DNA of 62,049 bases, filler included. It is 6 parts of 6 records of this genome, joined end to end, with 100 filler letters (N's around TTAATTAATTAA, not from the genome) between each part and the next. Parts side by side here need not be neighbours in the genome. Positions count along the whole stretch, not along the records: positions 23,380 to 45,021 come from SRR2962707_5184; 5 more parts are not named here. One strand, written 5' to 3'. The notes under the pieces are model-generated. The model searched no databases. It saw only the letters and a list, made by a program, of their open reading frames with translations, and was not told where the DNA came from. Each line of letters starts with the position of its first letter. The first letter of the stretch is position 1. Positions 32,148 to 41,834 of the stretch are shown here, piece by piece. The position numbers were made by a program, and so were the translations under genes.

Positions 32148-32684
32148 ATGGCCACGAGTATTCCCACCTGGGTGAATGGAACCCTAGTTCCGGTGGGCAA
32201 ACTTGAGGCGCATGTAAAAGGCCTGCGGCACAAGGCCGTGTCAGTTTTTGTCGTCCGTGGGAAAGAGGTGCTGATCCAGCGTAGGGCGATGGGCAAATAT
32301 CATACGCCCGGTCTATGGGCGAACACCTGTTGTACCCATCCGCAATGGGATGAAGCCAGCGCGGATTGCGCCGACCGTCGTCTGCGCGAAGAGCTTGGCA
32401 TCAGTGGCTTGTCGCTTCGGTATCGCGATACCGTGGAATACCGCGCAGATGTTGGTGGCGGGCTGATCGAACATGAAGTGGTCGATATTTTCGTCGGCAA
32501 GGCCCCTGCCGGGCTGACCTTTGATCCGGACCCGTCCGAGGTGATGGCGACGCGCTGGCTCGATTATGCCACGCTGTTGTCAGAGATAAAGGCCACCCCC
32601 GAGAAGTTTACACCATGGTTGCAGATCTATCTTGAATCCCACGCGGGCAGCATATTTTCGCCGGAGCTGCTTGCGGGGATCTGA
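32148..32684 (+). CDS. idi: Isopentenyl-diphosphate delta-isomerase type 1
   Basis: KL.AH..GLRHKAVSVF, QRRA..KYHTPGLWANTCCTHP, RRLREELG, EHEV, FTPWL; AAGGAG RBS before the ATG at 32148. Confidence 0.95.
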   Translation: MATSIPTWVNGTLVPVGKLEAHVKGLRHKAVSVFVVRGKEVLIQRRAMGKYHTPGLWANTCCTHPQWDEASADCADRRLREELGISGLSLRYRDTVEYRADVGGGLIEHEVVDIFVGKAPAGLTFDPDPSEVMATRWLDYATLLSEIKATPEKFTPWLQIYLESHAGSIFSPELLAGI

Positions 32685-32966
32685 CCTGTTGGAATGAACG
32701 CCTTTTGTCGGTACACCATCCTGCCCTAAGTGACAGATTCAGCCGAAACGCCTTTTTAAAAGACCAAAATCGCAGAGACGGTCCCCAAAATCCTGGCTAG
32801 AAAACAGTGCGGGTGTTTCCAGATTACCGGAGCGGGGACGGCGCCGCCATTTGGACGCCTGATGCGCTACGTTTCCTAGCGTGCGGTTCATGCCATTTTG
32901 GTATAGCGTTGTTGCCACAGGATATGAGTCTTTTTCCCAAAGGAACGCGTTGGTGAGGGAACTTTG

Positions 32967-34076
32967 TCATATCCCCGAGACGCTTTGCGCCTGGCTGGTC
33001 AGGCCGAATACGCTGCCGATCAGACTGAAAACAGTTTGGGCCTTTGTCAGCGGGGATTCGGTGGCAAGCACGGTATCCTGTGGGTGAATGACAAACTTTT
33101 GGGCCGCGAATAACCCGTCCGCCGAGGTCAAATCAAAGGTAAAGATGACCTGCTGCCGCCCTGGCCCGGCATTGTCCGGGCGCACCTGACCCGCTGCATA
33201 TTCGCGCAGGACCATCACCCCCTTGGGGTCGGCGCGCGAATCCTGAATGCCACCCATCAGCGACATTGCCTCCAACGCGGTGATTTGATCTTTGGGGAAA
33301 TAGATCATGTCCTCGCTTCCCGAGGCGCCCAGAGCGGTAAAGCTGCGCTGGTCCTCTTCTACCACGATGGTGTCGCGGGCGCGGAGGGTCGTATTCCGCG
33401 CACCGGATTCATATAGATCCTTGGCAGTAATCCGATAGGTTGATCCACCGCGCAGCAGTTTTACCACGGGATTGCGCAGGGTCGGCGAAATGCCCCCGCC
33501 GGTGGCCAGCAGGGTAAGGATCTTATAGTTGCGGGATGGCATGGGATAGCTATCTGGGCGCGCCACGCCACCAACCAGATCGACGGAATTCGCCAAACCG
33601 GGTATCAGGCTTAGCTGAACCTGGGCCGAAGGCACGATTGTTTCGAGTTGGGACTGAACCCTTTCACGTGCGGATGCGGGTGTCAGGCCGCGGATATGCA
33701 CTTCGTTTACGTAGGGCAGAAAGATCGCGCCGCTTGCGCCGACCTCAATTGATTTCAGTGTGGTCACCTTTTCCGTCGCGCCGGTGAGCAGAGAATTTTC
33801 CTGGCTGTCCCAAATGATGACATCAACCATATCGCCGGTTTCAATCACCGAAGAGTTTACCCCCTGGCTGGCACCGATCCAATGATCGTCATATTCCACC
33901 CCGGTCATTGGCCAGGCTGATATGCCGGGCATGTTGGCCCCGGTTACCGGTACCACTTGGAAAGTCGGATTTTCGGCCCGGGATTCCGCCAACACTTCGG
34001 ATTGAAGCGCGGCGCCGCGTGGCAGACTGCAGGCGGCAAGAAAAACGACTGCCGCAAACATGACAGTGAGGCGCAA
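32967..34076 (-). CDS. Polysaccharide export outer-membrane lipoprotein (Wza-like)
   Basis: Lipobox LAAC, I.TGD.V.V.IW, GAIFLPYV, SLBB-like repeats, ADPKGV.VLR; start approximate. Confidence 0.88.
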   Translation of the reverse strand: MRLTVMFAAVVFLAACSLPRGAALQSEVLAESRAENPTFQVVPVTGANMPGISAWPMTGVEYDDHWIGASQGVNSSVIETGDMVDVIIWDSQENSLLTGATEKVTTLKSIEVGASGAIFLPYVNEVHIRGLTPASARERVQSQLETIVPSAQVQLSLIPGLANSVDLVGGVARPDSYPMPSRNYKILTLLATGGGISPTLRNPVVKLLRGGSTYRITAKDLYESGARNTTLRARDTIVVEEDQRSFTALGASGSEDMIYFPKDQITALEAMSLMGGIQDSRADPKGVMVLREYAAGQVRPDNAGPGRQQVIFTFDLTSADGLFAAQKFVIHPQDTVLATESPLTKAQTVFSLIGSVFGLTSQAQSVSGI

Positions 34077-34193
34077 GGAATTCCGCAAATATAGACCCCT
34101 GAAAAAATCGATTGACGTTCGGTTTCTTTCTACTGGTTGATGACGGATACACAAAGACAGTTTATGCGGGTGCAGGGAAAAGGACCGCGGAAA

Positions 34194-35060
34194 GTGGCGC
34201 AAATACGGCAGCATGCAAGAGTACTGGTTCTGGGGGCGAACGGAAAAGTCGCCAGATTGCTACAGGCCGTCTGGGCCAATGGCGGCGTTGACCGGATAGA
34301 ATTTACGCCAGTAGTGCGTCGTGACAGCGGTTTGCATGAACAGGTGATCTGGTCCCCAGGAACGGCCTCCTCCTCTTTGCCAAGGGCGGATGCGGTTATC
34401 GCGTTCTGGGGGGTTACGCCGGGCCCGGAGGCCAAGCTGGAAGATAATAGCAGGTTGGCGAAGGTCGCGATGGATATTGCCCGGACTGTTGGAGCAGACC
34501 GCGTTCTGCATTGTTCCAGCTCTGCGGTCTATGCGCCTGCGACAGAGCCGCTGAGCGAAGACGTTCCGGCGAATCCGATCTCGGCCTACGGTCACGCCAA
34601 GCTTGATATGGAGCGTGTCGCTGCGACCCATCAGGCAAACCATCCAATGGGCCCTCGCGCCGTGTGCCTGCGAATCGGAAATGTGGCCGGCGCCGAAAGC
34701 CTGTTTGGTGCAATAAACCGATCCGGTGATGTACATCTTGACCGCTTTGCCGATGGTGCCGGGCCTGAACGCAGCTATATCGCGCCATCGGATCTGGCGC
34801 ATGTGCTTGCGGTACTTGTCGGTCACCCTGTCCGGGATCTGCCTGCCACGCTGAACATCGCGGCGCCTGTGGCCACGTCAATGGAATCAATCGCGCGTGC
34901 GGCGCAGCGGCGGGTGATCTGGCGAGATGCATCTGAGGGTGCGGTGCGGCGGCTTGTGCTTGACACGTCCAGGTTGACTGCGCTGTGCCCCATGCATCGC
35001 GAATCTGCCCGACCAGAGCATCTGGTGGCGGACTGGCTGCGGTGGAAAGAAGCTGGATGA
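34194..35060 (+). CDS. NAD-dependent epimerase/dehydratase family protein
   Basis: VLVLGANGKVA, SSSAVY, YGHAK, LRIGNVAG; start uncertain. Confidence 0.85.
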   Translation: MAQIRQHARVLVLGANGKVARLLQAVWANGGVDRIEFTPVVRRDSGLHEQVIWSPGTASSSLPRADAVIAFWGVTPGPEAKLEDNSRLAKVAMDIARTVGADRVLHCSSSAVYAPATEPLSEDVPANPISAYGHAKLDMERVAATHQANHPMGPRAVCLRIGNVAGAESLFGAINRSGDVHLDRFADGAGPERSYIAPSDLAHVLAVLVGHPVRDLPATLNIAAPVATSMESIARAAQRRVIWRDASEGAVRRLVLDTSRLTALCPMHRESARPEHLVADWLRWKEAG

Positions 35061-35680
35061 CGCCGCAGAAAAAGATATTCGATATGCTAGGTGCTGCGGG
35101 ATTGGGTATCTTGTTGTCGCCACTCTTGATTGGTGTGGCGATGGTGATTTTTGTTCGGGACGGGCGTCCCGTGTTGTACAGATCGAAGCGGATGAAAACA
35201 CCTACACAGGCGTTTCTATTGTGGAAGTTCCGGACCATGACCGTGTTAGACAGGGATTCCGGCGTCTCTGGCGGCCACAAGGTGTCGCGCGTAACAGACA
35301 CGGGGCGAATACTGCGACGCAATCGTCTTGATGAGCTGCCGCAGCTTTGGAACATTCTTCGGGGTGATATCAGCTTTGTCGGGCCGAGACCGCCTTTGCC
35401 GCGCTATGTCAGGTTGTATCCGAAAATCTACAGCGCGGTGTTGCAGGCCCGCCCCGGCATTACCGGCCTTGCCTCGGTTGCGTTCCATAAACACGAAGAA
35501 AAACTTTTGGCCAACTGCCGGACGGCTCAGGAAACCGAAGACGTCTATTGCCGCCGCTGCATTCCGCGCAAAGCCCGCCTAGACCGTATTTATGCCGATC
35601 AGAGCACAGTTTGTAAGGATTTCAAATTGATGTGGGCCACGATTATAAAACGGATAAACATGCACCGGCGGGAGCGCTGA
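35057..35680 (+). CDS. Bacterial sugar transferase (priming phosphoglycosyltransferase)
   Basis: KFRTM, RVT..GR.LR..RLDELPQLWNIL.GDISFVGPRP, RPGITGLA. Confidence 0.93.
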   Translation: MTPQKKIFDMLGAAGLGILLSPLLIGVAMVIFVRDGRPVLYRSKRMKTPTQAFLLWKFRTMTVLDRDSGVSGGHKVSRVTDTGRILRRNRLDELPQLWNILRGDISFVGPRPPLPRYVRLYPKIYSAVLQARPGITGLASVAFHKHEEKLLANCRTAQETEDVYCRRCIPRKARLDRIYADQSTVCKDFKLMWATIIKRINMHRRER

Positions 35681-35796
35681 CCGCATATTCTGATGAGAGT
35701 TTCCGTGTAATACGCGCCCTTTTTGCCCAGCTGCGTATCATCGGCCTGAGTTGCCACATACAGATTCGGCCGCGATTAACTGAACATTTTTATATG

Positions 35797-35811
35797 TTAA
35801 GCCAACCGTAA
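35797..35811. promoter_or_regulatory. CtrA-like box upstream of motB
   Basis: TTAA-gccaacc-GTAA, one mismatch to TTAA-N7-TTAA. Confidence 0.5.
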
Positions 35812-35862
35812 GGCAGCTTCTGCTACCCCTCGTTCTGGGTGAGTACAAAAAAGGTGGTGAAA

Positions 35863-36705
35863 ATGGCTGTAGACAGCAATGTCGCGCCAATCGTTATCAT
35901 CAAACGGAAAAAGATCGTCGCGGGCGGCGGGCACCATGGTGGTGCTTGGAAGGTTGCGTATGCAGACTTCGTGACTGCGATGATGGCATTTTTCCTATTG
36001 ATGTGGCTGTTGAGTGCGACGACGGAAAAACAGAGAAGCGGACTTGCGGACTACTTTTCTCCGACAATTGCGATCAGCCGCATGTCGAGCGGCGGAGATG
36101 GCAGTTTCGGAGGGGAAACGCCCTTTTCCGAAGAGACGCTGCCCAAGGCGGGCAGGGGTGCCACCAGTCAAAGCCCGACTGAATCCAAAGAAGCGCGCGG
36201 GCAGGACGGTAAAAGCGAAGAGGGAAGAGCCGAGACCGCAGAAGACGAGATCTTTAAGGAGATCGAGAAGATGCTCACGGGGAGCAGCGGCGAAAGTATT
36301 GTCGCCGATCCGCTGCTAAAGCACATCGAAACCCGTGTCACCGACGAAGGTCTTGTGGTCGAGCTTTATGAGACCGAGGAAGCCCGGCTGTTCGACTCGG
36401 ACGGTACACCGACCGAACTAATGAAAGATTTGTCAGCCGTCATCCTGCGCGTGTCGGACCTGGTGTCCAACCCGCTTGCAATCGAAGGCCACGTTCGTTC
36501 TGCACCGATTGTGGTGGCACAGGACCGGTCTTGGGAAACATCGACCGAACGCGCTTCGGTGATGCGCGGCCTGCTTGGTGATCAGGGTATGTCAAATGCC
36601 AGATTCGATCGTGTCACGGCCCATGCTGACCGTGAGCCGGTCCGCAGCAACCGGATGGAATTCCGCAATAGCCGTATTGAAGTGATCTATCTTCGACGTC
36701 TTTGA
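35863..36705 (+). CDS. motB: Flagellar stator protein MotB
   Basis: HHGGAWKVAYADFVTAMMAFFLLMWL plus OmpA-like C-terminus. Confidence 0.95.
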   Translation: MAVDSNVAPIVIIKRKKIVAGGGHHGGAWKVAYADFVTAMMAFFLLMWLLSATTEKQRSGLADYFSPTIAISRMSSGGDGSFGGETPFSEETLPKAGRGATSQSPTESKEARGQDGKSEEGRAETAEDEIFKEIEKMLTGSSGESIVADPLLKHIETRVTDEGLVVELYETEEARLFDSDGTPTELMKDLSAVILRVSDLVSNPLAIEGHVRSAPIVVAQDRSWETSTERASVMRGLLGDQGMSNARFDRVTAHADREPVRSNRMEFRNSRIEVIYLRRL

Positions 36706-36742
36706 AAAGTATCGACATCTAGAATGGACTCGATTTTATCTG

Positions 36743-36757
36743 TTAGCGGCCCGTTAA
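36743..36757. promoter_or_regulatory. CtrA-like box upstream of flgE
   Basis: TTAG-cggcccg-TTAA, one mismatch. Confidence 0.5.
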
Positions 36758-36813
36758 GTCTGCGCGCGTATCTGTTGCTTTGAAAGTACTTGATACAGCA
36801 GAAAGGCGTGTCC

Positions 36814-38115
36814 ATGACCATTTCGTCCTCCCTGAATGCCGGCGTAGCGGGACTATCTTCCAACGCAAGTAAACTTGCTACGATTTCCGACAATATCGCT
36901 AACTCATCGACCTATGGATACAAGCGCGTAGAAACCGATTTTCAGACCATGGTCACCTCGTCGGGTAACGGCAAGTACACGGCCGGCGGCGTTCGGGCAA
37001 GTACACAGCGGCTGGTAGATGTTAGTGGATCATTGGTATCCACAACTAACTCGACGGATCTTGCCATCAGTGGTCGCGGGTTTTTGCCCGTCGCCAGCCT
37101 GAGCGAGGTCGAGAACGATAACGGTCTCCCGCAGATGTTCCTGACCACCACGGGATCCTTCCGGACAAACTCGGATGGTTATCTTGTGACAGCATCTGGG
37201 CAGGTTCTCATGGGCTTCCCGGCCGACGACGATGGTGCGATTCCGGCATACCCTAGGGATACGAGCGAAGGCTTGGAGCCTATTCAGATCAATAGAAACC
37301 AATTGGAAGGCGTACCGACGACAACGATGTCCTTGGGCGTCAACTTGCCCGCTTCAGATACATATTTTGATGCCTCGGGCGATCCTCAGGAAGTGCAGGT
37401 TGGATACTATGACAACCTTGGTGTGTCTGAAAGTTTCAATGTGACATTCACGCCGACAATCCCTGCAACCGGGGCGTCGAACGCTTGGACAGTTACAGTG
37501 ACAGATTCGGCGCAGTCTGGCGCGACTGTCGGCGAATATGAAGTGACGTTCACAGACTCCCGAACCGCAGGCGGCAATCTGGCCAGCGTGTCAACGACAT
37601 CGGGTGGAGTTTACGATGCGGCCACCGGAACAGTAATAGTCAACGCCGCCAGCGGTCCGATCGAGATTTTCATAGGCACGATCGGCGGCGATGATGGCCT
37701 TACCCAATTAGGTTACAATTTCGCACCTCTCAATATCTCGAAGGATGGCTCTCCGGTCGGCAGCATGACCTCTATCGAGGTCGACGCGCTGGGTATGGTT
37801 AATGCCTATTTCGATACCGGCATCGTCCGGACCATTTACCAGGTGCCGCTGATCGACCTTCCTAACCCGAACGGACTGATTGCGATGGATAATCAGGTCT
37901 ATATGCCGTCGAACGACAGTGGCTCCTACTACCTGTGGAACGCTGCTGATGGCCCGGTCGGAGAGGTCGTGTCATATTCTCGCGAGGAATCGACCACTGA
38001 CGTGGCCAGGGAGCTGACCGATCTGATTCAGACACAGCGCGCCTACTCATCGAACGCCAAGGTCATTCAGACCGTTGACGAGATGTTGCAGGAAACCACG
38101 AACATCAAGCGCTGA
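36814..38115 (+). CDS. flgE: Flagellar hook protein
   Basis: ISDNIANSSTYGYKR, DLAISGRGF, EESTTDVARELTDLIQTQRAYSSNAK. Confidence 0.96.
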   Translation: MTISSSLNAGVAGLSSNASKLATISDNIANSSTYGYKRVETDFQTMVTSSGNGKYTAGGVRASTQRLVDVSGSLVSTTNSTDLAISGRGFLPVASLSEVENDNGLPQMFLTTTGSFRTNSDGYLVTASGQVLMGFPADDDGAIPAYPRDTSEGLEPIQINRNQLEGVPTTTMSLGVNLPASDTYFDASGDPQEVQVGYYDNLGVSESFNVTFTPTIPATGASNAWTVTVTDSAQSGATVGEYEVTFTDSRTAGGNLASVSTTSGGVYDAATGTVIVNAASGPIEIFIGTIGGDDGLTQLGYNFAPLNISKDGSPVGSMTSIEVDALGMVNAYFDTGIVRTIYQVPLIDLPNPNGLIAMDNQVYMPSNDSGSYYLWNAADGPVGEVVSYSREESTTDVARELTDLIQTQRAYSSNAKVIQTVDEMLQETTNIKR

Positions 38116-38165
38116 TCAAAGTTAGACCGCGCTAAACCGACTCCATAGAATCAAAGGAAACCGTA

Positions 38166-39614
38166 ATGTCCCTTTCTGGTGCCCTGTCCAATGCGCTCAG
38201 CGGTCTCACCGCGAATGCGCGCGCCGCTACTCTTGTATCGTCGAATATTTCGAATGCCATGACGGACGGATATGCCCGTCGCGAACTGGCGACTTCCTCC
38301 AACGGCATGGGGTTCTATGGCGGGGTTCATATCGACGGCGTAACCCGATCAATCAATCCCGTGATTCTCGCGGATCGCCGTCTTTCCGATGCGGAAACCG
38401 GTAAGGGCCAACAGCTGCAAAGCTTCGCATTGCGCATGGAAAATCTGATGGGGGACGCTACTGACAGTGGATCACTCAGCGGACGCATGGCAGCGTTGGA
38501 AAATGCGCTGATCACTGCAGCGAGCAATCCAGCCTCAACACAGAGGCTGGATACTGTTTCACGCGCAGCGGACGATCTTGCAAATACCTTCAATTCCCTT
38601 TCGGACGGTATCCAGACAGCGCGAGAAGATGCTGACAGGTCGATCAGTTTTCAGGTCGAATCGTTGAACGATACGCTTGCTCAGGTTGAAAGTCTGAACA
38701 CGAAAATAAGCAAGGCCATCGTACTGGGCCGTGACCCCTCATCTTTGATGGATCAGCGACAGAGGGCAATCGACACCGTCGCAGAAGCCGTGCCGGTGCG
38801 CTCTGTTGAGCGTGGGGATGGCTCAATCGCACTGTTTACTATTGGCGGCGTGACGCTTGTTGATGATAAGGCCTCGACGATTGAGTTTTCCAACACGGCG
38901 ATCATCGTACCGCATATGACTCAGGTCGGCGGTCTGCTCTCTGGGCTCACGATCAATGGCCGGGCTATGGACACCTCGGAAGATGGCCCTTTGTCGGGTG
39001 GATCCCTTGGGGCGCAATTCCAGATCCGCGACCAGGATGCAGTCGAAATGCAGGCTCGGCTCGATGGAATCGCACGAGACGCCATCGAACGCCTTGGACC
39101 GGGCGGACCCGATAGTACACTCGGGGCGATAGATCCGGGTGTTTTCATGGATGCAGGCTCGGCTTTTGTGGCGGCTGACGAAATCGGGATTTCAGGGCGC
39201 ATCAAGCTGAACCCCATTGTATCAGTGAATGGTGGCGAGACCTGGCGCCTACGGGACGGGCTTGGAGCTGCGGCAGTCGGCGAAGTAGGTGATTCCAGTC
39301 TTCTTAACGGCATTTACGATATTCTTACAGAAACCAGTGTACCGGGTTCGACAAGCCTGGATCCCACAGCGCGCAGCTTGTCCGGTCTTGTATCGGAGTG
39401 GGCGTCCGGCGTCGGCGCGTTTCGTGTGCGCCAAGACGCACAACTTAGCTATGCGCAGGCGCAGAACGTCGCGTTGACCGAACTCGAACTGGCCGAGGGC
39501 GTGGATACCGATCAGGAACTGCAGCTGCTGATGCTGCTCGAACAGAATTACCAGGCCAATGCCAAAGTCATGACAACTGTTGACCAGTTGCTTCAGGCCA
39601 TCCTGGCGATCTAA
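38166..39614 (+). CDS. flgK: Flagellar hook-associated protein 1
   Basis: ALSGL..VSSNISNA.T.GYARR; GVDTDQEL..L..LEQNYQANAKV. Confidence 0.95.
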   Translation: MSLSGALSNALSGLTANARAATLVSSNISNAMTDGYARRELATSSNGMGFYGGVHIDGVTRSINPVILADRRLSDAETGKGQQLQSFALRMENLMGDATDSGSLSGRMAALENALITAASNPASTQRLDTVSRAADDLANTFNSLSDGIQTAREDADRSISFQVESLNDTLAQVESLNTKISKAIVLGRDPSSLMDQRQRAIDTVAEAVPVRSVERGDGSIALFTIGGVTLVDDKASTIEFSNTAIIVPHMTQVGGLLSGLTINGRAMDTSEDGPLSGGSLGAQFQIRDQDAVEMQARLDGIARDAIERLGPGGPDSTLGAIDPGVFMDAGSAFVAADEIGISGRIKLNPIVSVNGGETWRLRDGLGAAAVGEVGDSSLLNGIYDILTETSVPGSTSLDPTARSLSGLVSEWASGVGAFRVRQDAQLSYAQAQNVALTELELAEGVDTDQELQLLMLLEQNYQANAKVMTTVDQLLQAILAI

Positions 39615-39624
39615 GGAGAACAAG

Positions 39625-40626
39625 ATGCAATCCATTGGTGATATGGCACAATCCCTTATCATGCGGCACAATCAGACGAAGCTGCGTGAACAAATTAACT
39701 ATCTCGGGGTCGAACTTACTACAGGCGTCGTCCAGGATAAGGCGGCGCATCTGGGCGGTGATTTGACTGTTCTCGCAACGCTGGATCGTTCACTTACCGC
39801 GCTTGAAGGGTTCAGGATTTCTACGGCCGAGGCGACTTATGTGGCTGATGTCATGCAGACTTCCCTTGGCCAGCTACAAGATCGGAACGAAGCGCTATTG
39901 CCGCAGCTTCTGAATGTTGAACTCATAGTTTCAGAGACCATTCGTGCTTCGATGGCCGAGGACGCGGAAAGCGCTCTTGATGGAACTCTGTCGAACCTGA
40001 ACTCTACGGCAGCGGGTCGTACTCTTTTTGGCGGTGTAACCACCGACAGAGAGGCCATCGCGGATGTCGGGACGATTCTTGATGCGTTGCGCATCGAAAT
40101 TGCAGGTGAAACCACATTGGCCGGAATTCAGACAAAGCTTGATGCGTGGTTTGATACGTCCGGAGGTGGTTTCGAAACGGTCGCCTATACGGGGTCGACG
40201 ACAAGTGTCGATGACACGCGGCTGAGCGAGACTGATTCTGCCAAACTTGATGTTCGAGCGGATGATCCGGTTTTCCGCGATATTATCAAAGCGCTGTCGC
40301 TGGCCGCGCTTAGTGGCGATACCTCTTTGGGGTTCTCTCAGGACCTGAAGACGGAAATGCTGCTGTCCTCGGGCAGCCAAATGATGAACGCCCAAACCGA
40401 TCTCACAGACCTGCGGGCAGGTGTCGGCAATCTGCAGGCACGTATCGAGGAAACCGAAACGCGTAACGCTTCGGAGAGAACAGCGACACAGCTGGCGCGA
40501 CTGAAGCTCATCGGAACGGACCAGTATGAGACCGCGGTCCGGCTTCAGGATGCCCAGGTCCAGCTTGAGGCACTTTATTCCGTGACGGCGAGGGCCTCTA
40601 GAATGTCCTTTGTGGAGTTCATGTGA
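39625..40626 (+). CDS. flgL: Flagellar hook-associated protein 3 (flagellin-like)
   Basis: Follows flgK; ELTTG, GRTLFGG, DQYETA..L...QLEALY..TAR.S.MS. Confidence 0.88.
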   Translation: MQSIGDMAQSLIMRHNQTKLREQINYLGVELTTGVVQDKAAHLGGDLTVLATLDRSLTALEGFRISTAEATYVADVMQTSLGQLQDRNEALLPQLLNVELIVSETIRASMAEDAESALDGTLSNLNSTAAGRTLFGGVTTDREAIADVGTILDALRIEIAGETTLAGIQTKLDAWFDTSGGGFETVAYTGSTTSVDDTRLSETDSAKLDVRADDPVFRDIIKALSLAALSGDTSLGFSQDLKTEMLLSSGSQMMNAQTDLTDLRAGVGNLQARIEETETRNASERTATQLARLKLIGTDQYETAVRLQDAQVQLEALYSVTARASRMSFVEFM

Positions 40627-41741
40627 TGACAGGAGGCCTGCGCCCAGTCCTTTGGCTCATTTTCAGCGTGATCGCACTTGCGGCTCCGGTCGCATCTCAG
40701 AACGTCAGGATCAAGGATCTCGTCGAATTTGATGGCGTTCGTTCAAATGATCTAGTCGGCTATGGCTTGGTGGTGGGACTGAATGGAACCGGGGATGGGT
40801 TGCGCAACGCACCTTTTACGGAAGAAATTATGTCGAACATCCTCGAACGCTTGGGCGTGAACGTTTCTGGAGAGCAATTTAGACCCAAGAATGTGGCGGC
40901 CGTCTTTGTAACTGGTCGCCTGCCACCCTTTGGGCGTACTGGCGGTCAAATCGATGTCACAGTTTCGGCTATCGGCGATGCAAAGAGTCTTTTGGGCGGT
41001 ACGCTGATCATGACGCCGCTCAACGCCGCAGACGGGCAAATTTACGCAGTGGCGCAGGGAACGATTATTGCCGGCGGGATTGAGGCGACTGGGCAGGCGG
41101 CAACTGTTGTCCAGGGGGTACCTACTTCTGGTGTTATACCTGCTGGCGCGCGGATTGAACGAGAGGTTGAATTTGACTTTACGCAACTGTCGTCTTTGCG
41201 ACTGGCTCTGCGTGAACCGGATTTTACCACCGCCGCACGTATCGAATCCGTGATCAATCGCCAGTTCGGCCGCGCCTCCGCGCTCATGCTGGATTCAGGT
41301 ACCGTAAGCGTGGATCTCACCAGATCCGGGGCAAGTTCCCCGGCGCACGCCGTTGTTGCAATTGAAAATTTGCCCGTCGAACCTGAACGCCGCGCCCGCG
41401 TAGTGGTGGATCAGCGTTCGGGAACGATAGTAATGGGCGACGATGTCCGCATATCACGTGTGGCTGTATCCCAGGGCAATCTCACGCTTCGGATTCAAGA
41501 GGCCCCGATCGCGGTTCAGCCGAACCCCTTTTCCGAGGGCGAAACCGTGGTCGTGCCACGAACGGAAACAGGTATCATAGAAGAACCCGGTATCGGGTTG
41601 GCCGAAGTACCGGGAGGAACCAGTCTTTCCGAAGTTATTGCAGGGCTGAACGCGCTGGGTGTTTCGCCTCGGGACATGATCGATATCCTGAAAAGCATCA
41701 AAGCTGCCGGAGCACTGCACGCTGAATTTGTCGTGATGTGA
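40626..41741 (+). CDS. flgI: Flagellar P-ring protein
   Basis: RIKDL, N.LVGYGLVVGLNGTGD, KNVAAV.VT, IKAAGALHAE. Confidence 0.97.
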   Translation: MTGGLRPVLWLIFSVIALAAPVASQNVRIKDLVEFDGVRSNDLVGYGLVVGLNGTGDGLRNAPFTEEIMSNILERLGVNVSGEQFRPKNVAAVFVTGRLPPFGRTGGQIDVTVSAIGDAKSLLGGTLIMTPLNAADGQIYAVAQGTIIAGGIEATGQAATVVQGVPTSGVIPAGARIEREVEFDFTQLSSLRLALREPDFTTAARIESVINRQFGRASALMLDSGTVSVDLTRSGASSPAHAVVAIENLPVEPERRARVVVDQRSGTIVMGDDVRISRVAVSQGNLTLRIQEAPIAVQPNPFSEGETVVVPRTETGIIEEPGIGLAEVPGGTSLSEVIAGLNALGVSPRDMIDILKSIKAAGALHAEFVVM

Positions 41742-41834
41742 ATCGGGCGAACCGATGACACCAAAAAGATCCACGCTGAGATAATTTTAACATTCGCATG
41801 ACATCCTGATGGTGTCGGTTAACGGAGCTTTCGC

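Noticed and set aside
39625-40626. Flagellin fliC
   Set aside because: Position after flgK and the lack of the flagellin N-terminal motif indicate FlgL.
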